25,144 bases of DNA from a virus (lineage: Duplodnaviria; Caudoviricetes): IMG/VR virus record IMGVR_UViG_3300047545_000050, positions 1-25,144 of that record; one strand, written 5' to 3'. Of this stretch, positions 1 to 9,149 are shown piece after piece (the first letter of the stretch is position 1; the number at the start of each line of letters is the position of its first letter). The notes under the pieces were generated by a model. That model did not search any database, was not told the DNA's origin, and saw only the letters and a program-made list of their open reading frames with translations. The position numbers were made by a program, and so were the translations under genes.

Positions 1-2
1 AG

Positions 3-584
3 TATAGCTGCCATTTGCTCTTGCATTTGAGCCAGCTTCGCATCAGTTTCAGCCTTAATTCTAGCATTTTCCTCATCTTTTTTGGCAAGTTCTTGCTTTA
101 ACTGATTAATTTCTTCTGCTCGCTTGCTTGCTTCTGCGGTTTCTTCGGCAAGATTTAAGAATGTGCGTGCTTTATCCCTAAACGAATGGGGTGACATACC
201 AGCTATCATGCCAATGCGTTGTAACTGTAGGTCAGAAGCGTTGGCAATGGATTCTACGGTAAAGAACTTAATTCCCCGCAGTTCTTGGGCTTGGGATTGG
301 CTAATTAAAGGCCATTGTTCTACAGGCGTTCCGATGATTTCGCTACTTGAATCTTGAGTTGCTTGATACTGTAACCATTGCTTTGGAAAGCGTTGTTTAT
401 GGCTTTCGTGGGCGTAGGTGTCGATTTCCGTTAGATTATCGCCAGCAACCTGAATGCGTACAAAGTCAAAGTCTTTGTAAATTGGTCTGCCTGCTTCGTT
501 GGATTCATGCTCTAGTTTGACTGCTCGCTTATAAAACTTAACTGCCAAACGAGAATCTGCGTCTTGCACATCGCTTTCAATCAT
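3..584 (-). CDS. Conserved phage hypothetical protein downstream of the capsid genes (partial, runs off the window start)
   Basis: Read by hand and absent from the ORF track. ATG at 584, GGAG RBS (ctcc 591-594), open frame MIESDVQDADSRLAVKFYKRAVKLEHESNEAGRPIYKDFDFVRIQVAGD...QELRGIKFFTVESIANASD... with a C-terminal coiled coil. Confidence 0.8.
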   Translation of the reverse strand, partial: MIESDVQDADSRLAVKFYKRAVKLEHESNEAGRPIYKDFDFVRIQVAGDNLTEIDTYAHESHKQRFPKQWLQYQATQDSSSEIIGTPVEQWPLISQSQAQELRGIKFFTVESIANASDLQLQRIGMIAGMSPHSFRDKARTFLNLAEETAEASKRAEEINQLKQELAKKDEENARIKAETDAKLAQMQEQMAAI

Positions 585-618
585 TTAAATCTCCTAAAGT
601 GGTTTAGGTACTACGGTT

Positions 619-654
619 AAAAGAAAAAGGAGCTACCCCTTTCGAGATAGCCCC
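619..654 (-). terminator. Rho-independent terminator after the capsid and decoration genes
   Basis: Minus strand GGGGCUAUCUC-GAAA-GGGGUAGCUCC (11 bp stem with G-U pairs, GNRA loop) followed by UUUUUCUUUU, about 20 nt after the stop of 677..985. Confidence 0.85.
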
Positions 655-676
655 TTGTTTTTACTACAATTTTTGA

Positions 677-985
677 TTAGACGCTAGTAGCACCGAACCA
701 ACCAAAGTCGCCAGAAACCAACGACTCTGCACCAGCAATGTATGTACCACCGCCAGCCGTAGCTGCGAAAGTGGAAGCATTAATGCTGACATCGGTTGCA
801 CCTGCGGCAATAGCACCGCCAGCTTTTGCGAATACATAACGCTTACCATCAGAACCAAAGGTTTCAGCACCTAAAGGGCCAAAACTAGGGATTCCAATAG
901 CGGTTGAGCCGTTAGTGTACTCAAAGCTTTTGGGGGTAATACCATCTAAATTAACGCCCGCAATGGGCAGAACTGAATAAGCCAT
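677..985 (-). CDS. Probable capsid decoration/cement protein
   Basis: 102 aa, Gly/Ala/Thr-rich and beta-type, AAGGA RBS, lies directly after the MCP and before the terminator. Function inferred from position. Confidence 0.6.
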   Translation of the reverse strand: MAYSVLPIAGVNLDGITPKSFEYTNGSTAIGIPSFGPLGAETFGSDGKRYVFAKAGGAIAAGATDVSINASTFAATAGGGTYIAGAESLVSGDFGWFGATSV

Positions 986-1004
986 GATTATTTTCCTTTA
1001 CAAA

Positions 1005-1979
1005 TTAGGTGGTCAAAATACCTTGCAACTGAGCGTTGCTGGTAGTTAGGTTTCCAGCCCAACCGTAGAGCTTAACGATAGCGTCTTGGTTAATGGCTTG
1101 ACGCTCACCACCAATCGGTACGAAATTACGCTCTTTGTGTGGGCGGAAGAAAATGTAGTTGGTGTTCAACAGATACATATAACCTGCGGACTGTTGGCTA
1201 CCAATACCACCACCAAGTACAACATCAGCAGAAGTACCGCCACCGTAGAATTTGAGGGATGCGAAACCAGCAGCACCCGATTCTTCGGTAGTAATACGCT
1301 GAATTGCTTGCAATGCGCCTACGAAATACTGATATGCGGTGTTACCTGCAATGTAAAGGTCAGCCTTGTCTGTGCCACGAACCTGCTTAATAGCAGCTTC
1401 GGTCATCTTAGCCAAAGTATTGTTGGCGGTTAAACCAGTAGTTACTTGGTTCTGCCAGAAAGACCAGTTTGCACGGTTAATACCACCGTAAGTACCTGTG
1501 GTTGGGGAAACAGAAACAGCAGCAGCCAAGCCGTCAATGTTCTTACCACCGTTACCAGTTCCATCGCCATAGAGGTCGCTAGAAATGCGGTTCAAAAGGC
1601 GAGCTTCAGAAACTTGCATACGACCATCTAACAGGTCAATGATTGCTTCTTTGCTGGAGTTTTGGAGCATTTCCAAACCGCTCATCGTTACGGCAGCAGC
1701 GTACTGAGCAATTTTGAACTGAGCAGCCGAGATTGGGCTATCAGGAGCAATGTTCAATACTTCATAACCGCTATACGAGTTAGCGTTGTTGGTGTTGGGG
1801 TCGTTGTACATGATTTCTTCCAAAATCACATTACCACCCGAAAATGGGCGTACATTGCCCTTGGAGTTAAGTCTTTGCAGAATCGCATTGTTCTGCGTTA
1901 AGTTATCAGCCAATTCACCGCTACGACTTTGAATGGTGGTAGCGATAATATCGGTGATTGCTGAGTTAGCAAATGCCAT
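1005..1979 (-). CDS. Major capsid protein (HK97 fold)
   Basis: 324 aa, strong AAGGA RBS, follows the scaffold. Sequence has the style of podovirus-type MCPs (LYGDGTGNGGKNIDGL, YGGINR, INQDA...GNLT). Confidence 0.85.
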   Translation of the reverse strand: MAFANSAITDIIATTIQSRSGELADNLTQNNAILQRLNSKGNVRPFSGGNVILEEIMYNDPNTNNANSYSGYEVLNIAPDSPISAAQFKIAQYAAAVTMSGLEMLQNSSKEAIIDLLDGRMQVSEARLLNRISSDLYGDGTGNGGKNIDGLAAAVSVSPTTGTYGGINRANWSFWQNQVTTGLTANNTLAKMTEAAIKQVRGTDKADLYIAGNTAYQYFVGALQAIQRITTEESGAAGFASLKFYGGGTSADVVLGGGIGSQQSAGYMYLLNTNYIFFRPHKERNFVPIGGERQAINQDAIVKLYGWAGNLTTSNAQLQGILTT

Positions 1980-2000
1980 GATATATCCTTTTTAAGTTAA

Positions 2001-3080
2001 TTAAAGCCTACCGCTCTCTGCATCGGCTAATTGCGCCATCAGTAGAGAACGCCTGTCCTTTGCTTCGACTTTCGCTTGAACCCCGTTAGGTGTAACGGAT
2101 TTCGGGCTAACAGCCGTTGCTTTAGCTCGTGCTACTTGCTGTGACCTAGATGCTTGTTTTTTAGCTTGATTCAGGAGTCGTTCCTGCTCTAAGCCCCAAA
2201 CTTCATCGTTCAGTCGCACAGCTTTGGCATAAGCCGTTTCAAGGTCTTGGGCTTTACCTAGCTCAAGTAGTTGAGCCATTTCTTCCCTAACCATATCAAA
2301 GTGCGGAAACCGCTCTTTGTCACTTCTAACACGCTCAATCTCATTAACTAAGCGTTGTTGTTCTTCTTGCTCAAACCTGCCTTTAATCGAGCTAACCTCT
2401 TGATTAACTTGATAAAGTTGTTGCATTAACTGTTGTGTATAAGCATCAGTCGGTGCAGCAGGTTGTGATTCACCATTTAAGTTTACTCCATAATCTTGTG
2501 CAAGTCTATGAAACAACTGTACTTTTTGCTCATAGGGAGCTTTGCTTAAAATAAAATGCGCCCGACCAAGATTGTTTATCCATGCGGCTGGGTGGATTCC
2601 TTGTGCTTGGAGTTCAGGTATGAATGGATTAATCGCTTCCTCAAGTGCCTTTGCTCGTTCCGCTTCCGCTTTATATACGCTAACGCCTTTTTTAAATTCG
2701 TTTTCTCGTTGATTAAGGTATTCAAGGTGCTTTCTACTTTCTTCCGCAGTTAATGTTTCGCCTTTAGCTATCTTATCCCATAAAGGTAATAAGTCTTTCT
2801 TCCAAGTTGTAGGCTTTGGTATATCGCTAGTCGCAAGCTGTTCTTCGGGTTGTTCGGCTTCAGTCGTATCTTCTGCAATATTCTCAACGCTTGCTTCCGT
2901 TGTAGGCGTTTCCTCTTTTGCGACAAAGCGACCTTTTTCATCCCGTACTGGTTCGTCTTGAGAAACTTCGACTTCACTCTGCGCATGGACTTCTTCCTCT
3001 GTATCTACGGGTTTACCCTCATCTTGTGGCTCAAGTACATCCTCTAACGCTGCTTCCAACATTTCTCTGCGGTCTGCCAT
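2001..3080 (-). CDS. Capsid scaffolding protein
   Basis: 359 aa with an acidic disordered N-terminus containing RDEKGRF, helical Q/E-rich coiled coils, and a position immediately upstream of the MCP. Confidence 0.75.
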   Translation of the reverse strand: MADRREMLEAALEDVLEPQDEGKPVDTEEEVHAQSEVEVSQDEPVRDEKGRFVAKEETPTTEASVENIAEDTTEAEQPEEQLATSDIPKPTTWKKDLLPLWDKIAKGETLTAEESRKHLEYLNQRENEFKKGVSVYKAEAERAKALEEAINPFIPELQAQGIHPAAWINNLGRAHFILSKAPYEQKVQLFHRLAQDYGVNLNGESQPAAPTDAYTQQLMQQLYQVNQEVSSIKGRFEQEEQQRLVNEIERVRSDKERFPHFDMVREEMAQLLELGKAQDLETAYAKAVRLNDEVWGLEQERLLNQAKKQASRSQQVARAKATAVSPKSVTPNGVQAKVEAKDRRSLLMAQLADAESGRL

Positions 3081-3089
3081 GTCTGCTCC

Positions 3090-3464
3090 TTAACGATAGT
3101 TTAGTTTGGCGTAAGCAAGTTCGGCAATCTTGCGTTTACGGGCTTCCTGTTCTTTACGGCTTAGTTCAACAGGTTTATGTTGCATAGGCACATCGTTGCC
3201 TAATTCAATCATCTTGTGCTGTTTAAGGTGTTCCCGATGGTGGCTACGGCTTTTAATCCATGTGCCATCAACTTGAGATACATACCCATCAATATCTGAC
3301 ATAACCATTGGGGCTTCCCGTGCAGTCATTTCTTGTTTAAGCCGCCAAGCTTCTTCGGCTTCGGGCGTGCCTAGAGCATATCCCCAAAAATCGAGGTATT
3401 TTTCTTTATCCGTTTTGGCTTCGACATGGTTGCCTTCGGAATATCCACACTTCGGGCAAATCAT
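3090..3464 (-). CDS. Hypothetical protein with N-terminal CxxC
   Basis: Start reassigned to ATG 3464 (MICPKCG...), which has a GGAG RBS and an ATGA overlap with the upstream stop. Confidence 0.7.
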   Translation of the reverse strand: MICPKCGYSEGNHVEAKTDKEKYLDFWGYALGTPEAEEAWRLKQEMTAREAPMVMSDIDGYVSQVDGTWIKSRSHHREHLKQHKMIELGNDVPMQHKPVELSRKEQEARKRKIAELAYAKLNYR

Positions 3465-4354
3465 AGTTTCTCCAATAAATGTGGCAGTTTTTGCCATTCT
3501 TGCTTTCTAAGTGGCACAATGCTGTCGTACCACACCCCATGTTTCCATCGCCAGCAAATGTATTCTTCGTCAGGCAATAGTAAAAAACATTTGACCCCTA
3601 ATGCACCAGCCAAATGAGCCGTAGCAGTATCAGGGCTTACAACCGCTTTCATAGATTTCATGTGACAAGCGGTACGATAGAAGTTATCTTTCCAACCATC
3701 GGGCGGTAAAGGCTGGAATATGTCATCGGTGTTGAGATTAAGCGAATAGGCATGATTACCAAGCATTTCTCGCACAATTTGAACATCCACCGATTTAACA
3801 TAATGAAGCGGCCCAGTACTAGCGTGCCAGTTAACCCCTACTTTACGCTCAATACCGCTTGGAATGGCGTTTAAATAGCCCTCAGAGCCTACAATTTTGG
3901 TTTGGCTAATAGGGAATGACTGACGCACATACAACGGGGCGTGTAGGGCGAAATGGGGCAAACTCATGCTTCCAATCCAATAATCGGCTTCCATCGGTCT
4001 GCCCTCATCTCTTATACAAGACAGGGTATCAATGCAGTCCATTTGACCTAGCAACTGCATCATGGATTTGTGGCACATGACCGATACTTCCCGTGCGCCC
4101 CAAGCTTTGAGCATAGGTAAAAAGCGAGCAAATTGAATTACATCGCCAAAACCTTGCTCCATCTGCACGGTAATGTGTTTGTCGTACAGGCGTTCACCGT
4201 TCCATTTGGGGGCTTTTATAAACTTTTCCCACTTTTCGCCCGATGCTTCACGGGTTTTGGGATGCCAACGAAATTCATACAGGCGAAAGCCTGATTGGTA
4301 ATGACCTAAGTGTAGTAAATCTAAGCCTTTTTTATACTGGGCGTATGGTGTCAT
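3461..4354 (-). CDS. GT-B fold glycosyltransferase, GT9/heptosyltransferase-like (TPR-GT9-type catalytic part)
   Basis: Motifs YEFRW, W.GE.L..K.I.V..EQGFGD.IQFARF, MSLP, VGVNW, and DTATAHLAGALG...WRW...WY, typical of TPR-associated GT9-like proteins. Confidence 0.8.
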   Translation of the reverse strand: MTPYAQYKKGLDLLHLGHYQSGFRLYEFRWHPKTREASGEKWEKFIKAPKWNGERLYDKHITVQMEQGFGDVIQFARFLPMLKAWGAREVSVMCHKSMMQLLGQMDCIDTLSCIRDEGRPMEADYWIGSMSLPHFALHAPLYVRQSFPISQTKIVGSEGYLNAIPSGIERKVGVNWHASTGPLHYVKSVDVQIVREMLGNHAYSLNLNTDDIFQPLPPDGWKDNFYRTACHMKSMKAVVSPDTATAHLAGALGVKCFLLLPDEEYICWRWKHGVWYDSIVPLRKQEWQKLPHLLEKL

Positions 4355-5139
4355 AAAAGCATCAGTAGCGTTTCTTCATCATCGTCCTCAGCAGCACGCT
4401 GGGCTTCAAGAATCGCTAACTGTGCCTGAATATAGGCTTGTTGCTTTCTCAGTTCTACCGCCCTAGCTAACTTACTGCGTTGGTTCTCAAGGTAGGCGAT
4501 AGACTGCTCTAGTTCTGTAGTATCGACTGACGGTATATCAGCCTTAACCTCTTGAATAGATTGTAGTTTATTTTGTTTTTGTTTTGCAACAATTTTTGGT
4601 GGGTCAACCAAGTCACGGAGTTGTTGCTTTCTCCGTTTCTTAGCTTCTTGTTGTGCCTTATAAAGGGCTAATTGTTTTTCCCGAATCTTGCGGTCTAGGT
4701 TTCTAGCCCTACGGATTTCTTCAGGCGTAAATCCGTCATGGGTATCCATCGTTGAGGGCGGTTCAGGCCCTAATTCACCCACTAACAAGGCTACATCGTT
4801 ACCGTCAGTCGTCAAAATTACGCCATCTACGGCTATTTCACCCGTCAAACTAGCGGTATCTGTGCCATCTGTAGCACTTAGTACGCCATTTACGGCTACT
4901 GCGCCTGTAAATTGGTCAGTATCAGGGTTATCGGTGGTATCTAATACCCCATCAACCCTGTTTTCACCGCTTAAAAGGGCATAATCCGTGCCATCGGTGG
5001 TAGAAATAACGCCTTCAACGAGAACTTGACCCGATAAATTAGCGGTGTCATTGTTATCCGTTGCATACAGAATACCCGTAATAACGGGTAAGCTAATGTC
5101 CGATATTGCCTGTTCGGAAAAGGCGTTAAATCCAAGCAT
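4351..5139 (-). CDS. Virion-associated-type protein with five 21-aa repeats and a C-terminal coiled coil
   Basis: 262 aa, coupled to both neighbours by overlapping start/stop codons. Repeats [VI]xG[VI][LI]xxTDxxDxxxxxG are followed by a basic coiled coil and an acidic DDDEE-LLMLL end. Confidence 0.7.
   Translation of the reverse strand: MLGFNAFSEQAISDISLPVITGILYATDNNDTANLSGQVLVEGVISTTDGTDYALLSGENRVDGVLDTTDNPDTDQFTGAVAVNGVLSATDGTDTASLTGEIAVDGVILTTDGNDVALLVGELGPEPPSTMDTHDGFTPEEIRRARNLDRKIREKQLALYKAQQEAKKRRKQQLRDLVDPPKIVAKQKQNKLQSIQEVKADIPSVDTTELEQSIAYLENQRSKLARAVELRKQQAYIQAQLAILEAQRAAEDDDEETLLMLL
4768..5082 (-). repeat. Five tandem 21-aa (63 nt) degenerate coding repeats
   Basis: ITGILYATDNNDTANLSGQVL / VEGVISTTDGTDYALLSGENR / VDGVLDTTDNPDTDQFTGAVA / VNGVLSATDGTDTASLTGEIA / VDGVILTTDGNDVALLVGELG. 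Confidence 0.85.
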
Positions 5140-5357
5140 TACTGTACCGTTTCAGGTTTTTTAGTTAATGCTTCTTTCAATAAATTAACAAATGCTTGCT
5201 GACCAATGCGTAACTGGTCAAGATTGAACTGCGAACTGTTGATTTTGCGAGCCAAATCCTCAATATGATTGACCAAGTTTTGTTGTTCTTGGGTCATATC
5301 CTCATAAAAATACTCAACTTCATCGACTTTAATGGGGGTCTTTTTTTCGTTTCCCAT
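5139..5357 (-). CDS. Small coiled-coil protein, possible fibre assembly chaperone
   Basis: AAGGAG RBS fits ATG 5357 better than GTG 5363. Lies downstream of the fibre gene. Confidence 0.6.
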   Translation of the reverse strand: MGNEKKTPIKVDEVEYFYEDMTQEQQNLVNHIEDLARKINSSQFNLDQLRIGQQAFVNLLKEALTKKPETVQ

Positions 5358-5383
5358 TTTCACTCCTTCAGGTTGTTAAAAAA

Positions 5384-5602
5384 CTATTTGCTGGCGGCTT
5401 CTAGCGGTGCTAAATCTTCCGTAGTCCAAAAGTCTTTAGCCAGCATAATCTTGAGATGCTCTTTGTTCCGAGCAACAGTATCAGCCCACTCATCATCAGC
5501 CATATCTTCGGGCTTACCAGCATTGATGAGGTTTACTGAATCCATTGCGGCTGAATAATGGCGAGCAATTTCTTCTGCGGTAATTTCTTGAATATCAGTC
5601 AT
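5384..5602 (-). CDS. Small acidic hypothetical protein, possible fibre-associated chaperone
   Basis: 72 aa, GGAG RBS, directly after the fibre gene. Confidence 0.65.
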   Translation of the reverse strand: MTDIQEITAEEIARHYSAAMDSVNLINAGKPEDMADDEWADTVARNKEHLKIMLAKDFWTTEDLAPLEAASK

Positions 5603-5610
5603 ATCTACTC

Positions 5611-7476
5611 CTATTTGTTAAGTTGTGCTTTTAGTGAATCCACTTCTGCTTTAAGTTCTTGGATTGCGGCTGTTAAGGTAGCTACTAAGAATGATGTATC
5701 AACACCTTGATATTTAGGTTTTCCGTCTGCATCAACAGCGTCTTTTTCGCCAGTTACACAATCAGGCACAACAGCTTGTAGTTCATGGGCAATAAATCCT
5801 TGACCATTTGAACCATCCGATTTCCACTTATAAGTAACTGGTTTTAGCTGAGATACCTTAGCTAAAGCACCTGTCATTGGTACAACATTTTCTTTTAAAC
5901 GATAATCTGATGTTGTATTGTATGCAACAGCAGTCGTTCCGTTTTGAGTAATTGTTCCAATACTTCCACCGTTGTATAAAAATACAGCATAAGCATTTCC
6001 TGTTCCAACGCCTGACGCATGACCAATAGAAGCATAAGTATCTGTTCCTGCTTTTACGAACATTCCCTGAGTGTTAGTTGCACTAGCTTGAGTTGTATCG
6101 ACATAAAAGTTTCCATTATTATCAAAAATACCTCTAGGATTCCCATCCCCATCACTCATCACAATATAGTTACTTGATGTGCGGATATCCAAACTGTTTT
6201 GATTGCCTGAATAGCCACCAATGATGGTGTTTTTAGAGCCTGTGGTCATTAAATACCCAGCAGCAGTGGAAACACCACGACCTACATAAGTATTATAATT
6301 TCCAGTTGTATTATTTAAACCAGCACTAGAACCCACAAAACAATTTTCTGTGCCAGTTGTAGAATTTCCAGCTTGATAGCCAACAAATACACTCTGTGCT
6401 CCAGTTGTAACACTATACCCAGCCTGATAGCCTATTGCAGTATTATAAGATGCGGTGGTGTTTGCTTGTAAAGCACCAGTCCCTACTCCAACATTGTATG
6501 AACCAGTAGTATTCGATTGTAATGCACCATATACACCTGATGAATTGTCATATCCACCTAGAGCAGTATTGTTTGTTCCTGTGGTATTTGATTTAAGGGC
6601 AAAAGCACCAAAAGCAGTTCCTGTTCCAGTTGTGTTTGTGTATTGAGCCTGATAGCCTACTGCGGTGTTATAAGATGCGGTGGTGTTGGAAGCTAAAGAA
6701 TCTCTACCTACTGCTACATTATTTGCACCAGTTGTATTTGAAGTTAATGCTATGTTACCTATTGCAGTATTGTAATTACCAGTAGTGTTTGCTTTTAAGG
6801 CTTGATAGCCAACACCAACAATTTCACCAGTTGTATTAAAGTATCCAGCCTCAGTTCCTACACCGATACTATAACTTCCTGTTGTATTGGATAATAAAGC
6901 AGTATAGCCAACAGCTACATTGTATCCACCGCTAGTATTTTGATTTAATGCTTGCCGACCAATGGCGGAATTACCAGTTCCAGTAGTGTTTAACTGCAAG
7001 GAAACTCTACCAACAGCAGTATTGTGCGAGCCTGATGTCAAACTTGTTAATGCACTTGCACCAACAGCAGTATTTTCTGTTCCTGTAGCCGATGCCGCAA
7101 TAGCACTTAAACCAAGTGCAGTATTACTAGCTACAGCACCACCACCCTTACCAACAGTAAGACCTGAGATAGAGGCATCATTCGCCATTGTTACTGTAGT
7201 GCCATTAAAGGTAAAGTTAGCGGAATCTGCTAATAAACCGCCTGTGCTTGCGTATGTAACCCGACCGCTTGTCAGTCCTGAATTAGTCAAGGATGTGCAA
7301 GTCAGCGCACCGAATGTTCCGCTTGCGCCAGCACCTAACAGTTGAATTGGGGTTGTGGCAGCATTGCCAACCCATACCTTTTTATCGGTAATATTGATAG
7401 CGACTTCACCCTGAACTAATGAACTGGGTGCGTTTGTAGTCGTTACGCTGTTTTTTAGCTTAATTGTCGTTGCCAT
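5611..7476 (-). CDS. Tail/head fibre protein with beta-helical repeats and C-terminal intramolecular chaperone (peptidase S74-like) domain
   Basis: N-terminal LVQGEVAINITDKKVWVG anchor, many ~17-aa NTAVGxxAL.xNTTG repeats, then TSDYRLKENV...GFIAHELQ...LTAAIQEL plus coiled coil, characteristic of the auto-cleaving chaperone domain. Confidence 0.85.
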   Translation of the reverse strand: MATTIKLKNSVTTTNAPSSLVQGEVAINITDKKVWVGNAATTPIQLLGAGASGTFGALTCTSLTNSGLTSGRVTYASTGGLLADSANFTFNGTTVTMANDASISGLTVGKGGGAVASNTALGLSAIAASATGTENTAVGASALTSLTSGSHNTAVGRVSLQLNTTGTGNSAIGRQALNQNTSGGYNVAVGYTALLSNTTGSYSIGVGTEAGYFNTTGEIVGVGYQALKANTTGNYNTAIGNIALTSNTTGANNVAVGRDSLASNTTASYNTAVGYQAQYTNTTGTGTAFGAFALKSNTTGTNNTALGGYDNSSGVYGALQSNTTGSYNVGVGTGALQANTTASYNTAIGYQAGYSVTTGAQSVFVGYQAGNSTTGTENCFVGSSAGLNNTTGNYNTYVGRGVSTAAGYLMTTGSKNTIIGGYSGNQNSLDIRTSSNYIVMSDGDGNPRGIFDNNGNFYVDTTQASATNTQGMFVKAGTDTYASIGHASGVGTGNAYAVFLYNGGSIGTITQNGTTAVAYNTTSDYRLKENVVPMTGALAKVSQLKPVTYKWKSDGSNGQGFIAHELQAVVPDCVTGEKDAVDADGKPKYQGVDTSFLVATLTAAIQELKAEVDSLKAQLNK

Positions 7477-7487
7477 ACTTGCTTCCT

Positions 7488-8735
7488 TTAGAATGAGCCA
7501 CCGTCAAGTGTTCCTGTTATTTTACTTCCATCTAGGCTAGTTATCCAAGACGGGTCTGCATAACTACCTGTTGTATATACCCCATTTGTTACCGTTGTGG
7601 CATTTCCCGTAATATCCACATTTATGGTTGCGGGTAGGCTTAAAGTAATCGAGCCTGTGCTTGCCGATACATCAATTTCGTTGGCTGTGCCTGTTAATTG
7701 GGTCACCCCAGAGTTAGCAATCGTAAAGTTGGGGTATGTTCCTGTAATCGTTATTGCCGTGCCAGCCGTTAAAGATACCGTTTGGTCGGGGGCAGAGTTC
7801 GTTACCGTAACGACATCATTGCCTTGAGTAACTGACATTCCTGTGCCAGCCGTTACCCTTGTTTGGAATGAAATACGAATAGTAAGGATGCCTGAACCGC
7901 CAGAACCAGCTTTAGCGACTGCGGCAGCGATAACGATTGGGCCACTAGCAGGGAAAGTCTTTGTAAACCCGCCTGTTACGGCAGAATTGTAATAAAGAAT
8001 ATCCCCATCTAAAAAGGCAGAAGTATCTACCCCTTTTAATGTTCCTGTGTTTTGCACCAATCCAAAGCCGTTTAAAGCGATGTTTTCGGCAGCCACACCA
8101 ATAATGGCTTCAGCGTAAGGAATGGCAGTAGCGGGGGCGGCAGTTAGTACGCCACTTGACCCGACTGCGCCAGTAAACATACATAACTGACCTTTGGTAA
8201 TAGCAGAACTGGCTTTGACATAAAAGAATGTATCCTCACCAATGTGTTGGATTACATTGCCGCCAATCATCCCTAATCCAAGCGTGTCGTTGCCGTTCCA
8301 TCCAATCTGCCCAGCCGTCAAAGTTGTGGCATAAGTGGTGTCAAACGCAATGGTATCAACCGTGGAAATAGCCCCCGATAAGCCTGAAATATTGACAATA
8401 GGCTCAGATATTGAGCCACTAGCATCGGTATAAACAGCCTTGCCTGCGGGGTAATCGCACCAAATGGTCTTTTGCCCTGCACTAAATGTAACTACACTAC
8501 CGCTATTGCTAGAAGCTAGGATGGTGTCACGAGATAAGGTTGAGGGTGCGGTATAAGTACCAATACCCACTTCCCATTCAGAGCCACCGTCTAAGTAAAT
8601 AGCGTAATAAGTGGTGTTGCCGTTACCAATTTGACCAAACGAATCATAGCCCGTAACTGCCCCCGCAAGGCTAAACGAGCCTGTGCCAGTCGTGGTCGTA
8701 GTTTCTTTGACCCTATCCTTGAGGACTAAAGCCAT
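7488..8735 (-). CDS. Fibre-like structural protein
   Basis: 415 aa, T/G/S-rich. N-terminus MALVLKDRVKETTTTTGTG...WEVGIGTY and C-terminus LDGGSF are typical of phage fibre modules. Confidence 0.7.
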   Translation of the reverse strand: MALVLKDRVKETTTTTGTGSFSLAGAVTGYDSFGQIGNGNTTYYAIYLDGGSEWEVGIGTYTAPSTLSRDTILASSNSGSVVTFSAGQKTIWCDYPAGKAVYTDASGSISEPIVNISGLSGAISTVDTIAFDTTYATTLTAGQIGWNGNDTLGLGMIGGNVIQHIGEDTFFYVKASSAITKGQLCMFTGAVGSSGVLTAAPATAIPYAEAIIGVAAENIALNGFGLVQNTGTLKGVDTSAFLDGDILYYNSAVTGGFTKTFPASGPIVIAAAVAKAGSGGSGILTIRISFQTRVTAGTGMSVTQGNDVVTVTNSAPDQTVSLTAGTAITITGTYPNFTIANSGVTQLTGTANEIDVSASTGSITLSLPATINVDITGNATTVTNGVYTTGSYADPSWITSLDGSKITGTLDGGSF

Positions 8736-8744
8736 AATTTATCC

Positions 8745-9149
8745 TTACTGGTTTGCTCTGATAATCGTACCTGCAGAAATGCTGACAACCTGACCTGTAG
8801 CAATACTTGTATTGTTTAGCACCAAGTCGGCATCGCTTGTAGCTACCGAGCCATCCATGACTACGGTTGTGCCATCGGATTGGGTAATACGGAAGAATGA
8901 CGCTGTGCCAGTAGCTACTGCCGTGCCGTTGGTTACAGTTGATAAGGTAATCGTACCGTTGCTATCAGTACCAAATGAGCCTGTTACTGTAAGGGTAACC
9001 AGTAGGGTTTGCCCTGATATGGCAGTATTGGCGTTAGCGGGTTGGCTACCTGAATAAATGTTAATTAACGCACCTGACCCAGCGTAGGTAATTAAACCAA
9101 CCTGTTGGGCGTTACGAGTACCGTTGGAATATTTAAGGTTTGATGGCAT
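8745..9149 (-). CDS. Small beta-rich virion structural protein
   Basis: 134 aa (LINIYSGSQPA...TGTASFFRI...DGSV), coupled to the portal stop. Confidence 0.65.
   Translation of the reverse strand: MPSNLKYSNGTRNAQQVGLITYAGSGALINIYSGSQPANANTAISGQTLLVTLTVTGSFGTDSNGTITLSTVTNGTAVATGTASFFRITQSDGTTVVMDGSVATSDADLVLNNTSIATGQVVSISAGTIIRANQ

Noticed and set aside
677-1010. Programmed frameshift/readthrough extending the MCP
   Set aside because: No slippery heptamer was seen at the MCP end, which has a TAA stop, and the next gene has its own AAGGA RBS.
5611-7476. Diversity-generating retroelement target/template repeats
   Set aside because: The repeats are short, in-frame and internal, with no RT gene and no non-coding template repeat in the window.
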